The notes under the pieces are model-generated. The model was not told where the DNA came from, ran no database searches, and saw only the letters and a list, made by a program, of their open reading frames with translations. The position numbers and the translations under genes are program-made. From a virus (taxonomy: Duplodnaviria; Heunggongvirae; Uroviricota; Caudoviricetes): DNA of 34,179 nucleotides. The stretch is from the IMG/VR virus record IMGVR_UViG_2802429245_000003. One strand, written 5' to 3'. Within the stretch, counting starts at the first letter, position 1; each line of letters begins with the position of its first letter. Shown piece after piece: positions 30,791-34,179 of the stretch.

Positions 30791-30900
30791 TATCAATTCC
30801 TATTGGTATTGCAATGAACAAATAATAGCAATGCGTATTAATCATAACAATAGCAAAACGTGTTTTGACCATCAATACGCAAGCGTATAAATTAAAACTT
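30791..30900. promoter_or_regulatory. immunity control region (OR-like) with divergent PR/PRM and repeated AATAGCAA(T) operator motifs
   Basis: AATAGCAAT at 30825-30832 and AATAGCAAA at 30849-30856; plus-strand TTGACC (30865-30870) then TATAAA (30886-30891) places a PRM-like promoter whose transcript would start only a few nt before the cI ATG (near-leaderless, as for lambda cI). Confidence 0.5.
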
Positions 30901-31593
30901 ATGAAAAAAGAAACTCTTGCTGATCGCTTAAACCTAGCGATGGAACAATCTGGAATGTCTCAAGGCGCTCTTGCAAAGGCGTCTGGCGTAGCTCAACCCA
31001 CAATCTGGAGACTGACAAGCGGCAACGCGCGCGGCTCAACAAAAATTGTTGAAATAGCTAATGCATTGGGTGTTCGAACAGAGTGGCTCTCATCAGGCAT
31101 AGGCCCGATGAGAAATGACGGTCAACAATTAGGGAAGCCTACTGCCAACCATCCCAAATACTTCAAGATTGACGTTCTTGATATAGAAGTGAGTGCCGGG
31201 CCGGGAGTCATCAACCGTGAGTTTGTAGAAGTTCTACGCTCGGTTGAGTACTCATTTGACGATGCTCGTCACATGTTCGATGGCAGGAAGGCAGAAAATA
31301 TCCGCATCATTAACGTACGCGGTGACAGCATGTCAGGAACGATCGAACCAGGTGATCTTCTGTTCGTTGATATCACTGTTAAATCTTTCGACGGTGATGG
31401 TATCTATGCGTTTCTGTATGACGACACCGCCCATGTAAAGCGCCTGCAAATGATGAAGGATAAGCTGCTGGTTATCTCTGATAACAAGAGCTACTCACCG
31501 TGGGACCCGATCGAGAAAGACGAGATGAACCGCGTGTTCATCTTCGGGAAAGTCATCGGGAGCATGCCGCAGACATATAGAAAGCATGGGTAG
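30901..31593 (+). CDS. cI: CI-like prophage repressor (HTH plus LexA/S24 autopeptidase domain)
   Basis: 230 aa from ATG at 30901; N-terminal HTH (MSQGALAKASGVAQPTIWRL) and C-terminal S24-like domain (…RGDSMSGTIEPGDLLFVD…HVKRLQ…) with the Ser/Lys dyad context. Confidence 0.85.
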   Translation: MKKETLADRLNLAMEQSGMSQGALAKASGVAQPTIWRLTSGNARGSTKIVEIANALGVRTEWLSSGIGPMRNDGQQLGKPTANHPKYFKIDVLDIEVSAGPGVINREFVEVLRSVEYSFDDARHMFDGRKAENIRIINVRGDSMSGTIEPGDLLFVDITVKSFDGDGIYAFLYDDTAHVKRLQMMKDKLLVISDNKSYSPWDPIEKDEMNRVFIFGKVIGSMPQTYRKHG

Positions 31594-31722
31594 AAATCAG
31601 AACAAAATTATGCACTTCGCTTTTCAGCTTACTGTAGTAAGGCAATAAATTAGGCTTGACGTTAGCTATCAGGTGCACAACAATAATTGTTGAATAATAG
31701 GTTTTTTTAACTAGGTGATAAC

Positions 31723-32862
31723 ATGGCAGCGGTTGAATTTCAATTGTCTAGGAAGATGATTGATTGGATAGCAAATTCTCAAGGAGTTTCTATCGAAACT
31801 CTTGCTGACCAAGTCATGCCCAAAAAGATTAATAAATTTCTTAACGGAGTGGTAAGTAAATCCGCAGCAGAAAAACTGGCAAAAATTGGAGGAATCCCTT
31901 TCGGTTTTTTATTTCTTGAAACGCCACCAACTCCAGCCAAACCCAAGATCCCTGACTTAAGGCAAGCTATAAATAGCCGTGAGTTAGGAAAAGATTTTTT
32001 TGATGTTTACTATGATATAGAATATAAACTTGAGTGGTACAAAGACTATTTAAGAGAAAATGGTAATGATGATCCACTCGATTTTATTGGTAAATTTAAA
32101 TTTAATAGAAAATTAAATTATAAGGTTGTTGCTACAGACATAGCAAACACAATACATTTTGATATACAAAAAGAGATAAAAAATGTCACTTTTGAGAGCT
32201 ATTTTTCTAAAGTGGCAAAACTAATAGAAGACACTGGCGTATTAGTTTTCAAGAATGGTGTTGTGGGTAATAATAATAAAAGAAAACTTGACACGCGAGA
32301 GTTTCGTGGTTTCTGTATATCTGATAGCGTTGCTCCGATCATTTTTGTAAATAGCTCGGACGCGTTATCTGCGCAGGTATTTACATTATTTCATGAGGTG
32401 GCTCATCTTTGGCTTGGAGTCGATGGAGTCTCTGGGTGGGACACAGAAAAAAACATAGAATCTTTTTGTAATAAAGTTGCTGCTGAAATCTTAATGCCTG
32501 ATAATCTCTTCAAATCTTTCTGGCTTAATGCATCCAGCGATAATAATTATTATCGAGTAAAAGAGGTTTCTAAGTTATTTAAGGTTAGTGATTTCGCTTG
32601 TGCAATCAAAGCGTTACAATTAGATTTGATAGAAAGAAACACTTTGGAGATAATTAAAGATCAAGCTTACAATAAGCCCAAAAAAGAATCTAATGGTGGT
32701 TCTTTCTTTAACACATTACCTGTTCGTAACAGTCCAAAACTTACGAATATAATAATTTCCAAAGCAATGTCTCAACAATTACCATTAAGGGAAGCAGGCG
32801 TACTGCTAAATGTAAAAGCAGATACAGTTGTTGAATTTTATAAAAAACGAGAATCTCTATGA
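31723..32862 (+). CDS. HTH plus ImmA/IrrE-family (DUF955, M78-like) zinc metallopeptidase, first gene of a two-gene module in the rexAB slot
   Basis: 379 aa; N-terminal HTH-like region; HExxH motif in FTLFHEVAHLWLG with a downstream Glu; AGGTG ribosome-binding site; markedly AT-rich codon usage compared with cI. Confidence 0.7.
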   Translation: MAAVEFQLSRKMIDWIANSQGVSIETLADQVMPKKINKFLNGVVSKSAAEKLAKIGGIPFGFLFLETPPTPAKPKIPDLRQAINSRELGKDFFDVYYDIEYKLEWYKDYLRENGNDDPLDFIGKFKFNRKLNYKVVATDIANTIHFDIQKEIKNVTFESYFSKVAKLIEDTGVLVFKNGVVGNNNKRKLDTREFRGFCISDSVAPIIFVNSSDALSAQVFTLFHEVAHLWLGVDGVSGWDTEKNIESFCNKVAAEILMPDNLFKSFWLNASSDNNYYRVKEVSKLFKVSDFACAIKALQLDLIERNTLEIIKDQAYNKPKKESNGGSFFNTLPVRNSPKLTNIIISKAMSQQLPLREAGVLLNVKADTVVEFYKKRESL

Positions 32863-33371
32863 TTCATAATGGAAAATTCTTAATTGATAGTAATGTCTTC
32901 ATAGAGGCAAAAAACTTTGCATATAACTTCAATTATTGCAAAATATTTTGGGATTTTCTTCTCGCTTTACACATGAATGGTCTGATTTATAGCATTAATG
33001 CTGTAAAAAAAGAACTATGTGCAAAAGATGATCCATTGTGTAAATGGATTAAAGAAGAGTTACCATCATCATTCTTCGAAGATGAGCATAGTTCAATAGA
33101 AAATTATGCAAAGTTAATAAATTGGTCAACTAAATTAGATGTTACCGAAAAGGCAAAGTTTGACTTTGCAAGCCATGAAAAAGCAGATGCTTTTTTAATA
33201 GCCCATGCGATGACACATGGATATACTATTATTACCCATGAGAAACCATCCGGTGGCAAACCTAAAAAAAGAATAATGATCCCGGATGCTGCTGCTTCTC
33301 ACGGCGTTAAGACATTAACACTATATGAATTTCTTCCAAGATACGCTAGTCATAATTTTTCTTTGAAATAA
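32859..33371 (+). CDS. DUF4411-like (predicted PIN-like) protein, second gene of the module; candidate toxin/effector
   Basis: 170 aa; start overlaps the upstream stop (ATGA); N-terminal FLIDSNVFIEA resembles the first acidic strand of PIN-like domains; followed directly by a strong terminator. Confidence 0.6.
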   Translation: MIHNGKFLIDSNVFIEAKNFAYNFNYCKIFWDFLLALHMNGLIYSINAVKKELCAKDDPLCKWIKEELPSSFFEDEHSSIENYAKLINWSTKLDVTEKAKFDFASHEKADAFLIAHAMTHGYTIITHEKPSGGKPKKRIMIPDAAASHGVKTLTLYEFLPRYASHNFSLK

Positions 33372-33376
33372 AACGT

Positions 33377-33404
33377 CCCGGCCACCGTGCCGGGTTTTCT
33401 TTTG
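33377..33404 (+). terminator. rho-independent terminator closing the two-gene module
   Basis: CCCGGC-CACCGT-GCCGGG followed by TTTTCTTTTG, 6 nt after the stop codon. Confidence 0.65.
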
Positions 33405-33532
33405 TCCCCTCCCCTCATCACACAAACCGTTCGAAAAACCACCACAACCTCCCTTCAGTTATCGCTATGCGATGCAAGTCACAAAATTAATTCTTTTTGC
33501 TATCAAACAGTTAATATCAAAACACATCAATC

Positions 33533-33575
33533 AATAGCAATAAGTATTGATACCACCAATAGCAATAGCTATTAT
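33533..33575 (+). promoter_or_regulatory. PL-like early-left promoter with OL operator repeats
   Basis: -35 TTGATA (33547-33552), 17-nt spacer, -10 TATTAT (33570-33575); AATAGCAAT at 33533-33541 and 33558-33566, the same motif as in the OR region. Confidence 0.55.
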
Positions 33576-33768
33576 TACCATGTCGCAACAACACAACGAT
33601 ACGGCAACCACCTGATTCACCGTTGCGATGACCGCTTAGATCCGCAGCTTGAATTTCAGCAGGCTCCGGGGAGTGCGAGGGGTGAAGCGGACGCGTGAAC
33701 GTCGGTGTGACCAGCTGAAATCAACTCAACACTTCATACCTCAGTCGCTTCAACGAGGCGGCTTAGTT

Positions 33769-34059
33769 ATGACAACCGGCGGCCATCCACCGCCTGAATA
33801 CGCGCAGAAGTCTCTATATGTTCAGCAGCCCAGCTTACGGGCAGGAGTTTTTATGGTTCATCAACATTACGGAACGCAGACCGTTAATCGCGGTGCGGTC
33901 ATGCCAGGAATGCTGGTCAAACACAAAGATGGTACCTGGACTGCATCAGCTAATTTACGCGGACGGCTTTATCTGCATCGCGGCATCGAGCGCACTTATA
34001 CCCGTGACTTGCTCGTGGAAATTTTTCTCGACGGACGCGGCAACGGCCTGAATCACTAA
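33769..34059 (+). CDS. hypothetical early-left protein (first ORF downstream of PL)
   Basis: 97-aa ORF from ATG at 33769 with GAGG ribosome-binding site about 10 nt upstream; no family recognised. An in-frame upstream extension without an ATG encodes an Arg-rich stretch. Confidence 0.4.
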   Translation: MTTGGHPPPEYAQKSLYVQQPSLRAGVFMVHQHYGTQTVNRGAVMPGMLVKHKDGTWTASANLRGRLYLHRGIERTYTRDLLVEIFLDGRGNGLNH

Positions 34060-34134
34060 CCCCCTTTCCTGTTTTCCTAATCAGCCTGGCATTTCGCGGG
34101 CGATATTTTCACAGCCATTTTCAGGAGTTCAGCC

Positions 34135-34179
34135 ATGAACGCTTATTACATTCAGGATCGTCTTGAGGCTCAGAGCTGG
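34135..34179 (+). CDS. 5' end of an early-left gene running off the window
   Basis: AGGAG ribosome-binding site then ATG at 34135 ([15 protein letters not shown]…); truncated by the window edge. Confidence 0.3.
   Translation, partial: MNAYYIQDRLEAQSW

Noticed and set aside
31640-31661. CTTACT-GT-AGTAAG inverted repeat just after the cI stop as a possible terminator, and a TTGACG hexamer as a module promoter
   Set aside because: The hairpin loop is too short and no U-tract follows; the TTGACG has no convincing -10 partner at 16-18 nt. Whether the module is read through from PRM or has its own promoter cannot be decided from sequence.
33387-33698. 103-aa plus-strand ORF in the six-frame track
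   Set aside because: It starts inside the terminator hairpin and runs across the OL/PL operator-promoter region with no ribosome-binding site; almost certainly non-coding.
33640-33768. Arg-rich N-like peptide encoded in frame upstream of the 97-aa early-left ORF
   Set aside because: There is no ATG and only weakly placed GTG/TTG starts; kept as a question in the findings rather than annotated as a gene.

Overview
This window is almost entirely a lambdoid prophage with a P22/Sf6-type virion module, apparently from an E. coli/Shigella-like host; no integrase, att site, tRNA or CRISPR array was found. The minus strand carries the early-right and late operons: cro-like, YdaT-like (in the cII slot), lambda-type O with ori iterons, P, a truncated ren, a DLP12-like nin region (ybcN, ninE, ybcO, rusA, ylcG), a Q-like antiterminator, PR'/tR', lysis genes (holin, lambda-type R, Rz/Rz1), a KilA-N protein, small and large terminase, portal, scaffold, coat, P22 gp4/gp10/gp26/gp14/gp7/gp20/gp16 homologues and a 918-aa tailspike. 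The plus strand carries the CI-like repressor, a two-gene accessory module in the lambda rexAB slot, PL/OL and the start of the early-left operon, plus an mnt-containing moron cluster between gp16 and the tailspike. The main candidate for an undescribed system is that rex-slot pair: an HTH plus ImmA/IrrE-type (HExxH) metallopeptidase gene overlapping a DUF4411-like gene, AT-rich and closed by its own terminator. Other accessory cargo includes an AT-rich island between ren and ybcN (GT61/DUF563-like glycosyltransferase, nonsense-disrupted IS200-like tnpA) and an Mnt homologue with Arc-like DNA-contact residues. All protein calls rest on by-eye comparison of the supplied translations with remembered family sequences and on gene order; no database search was run.
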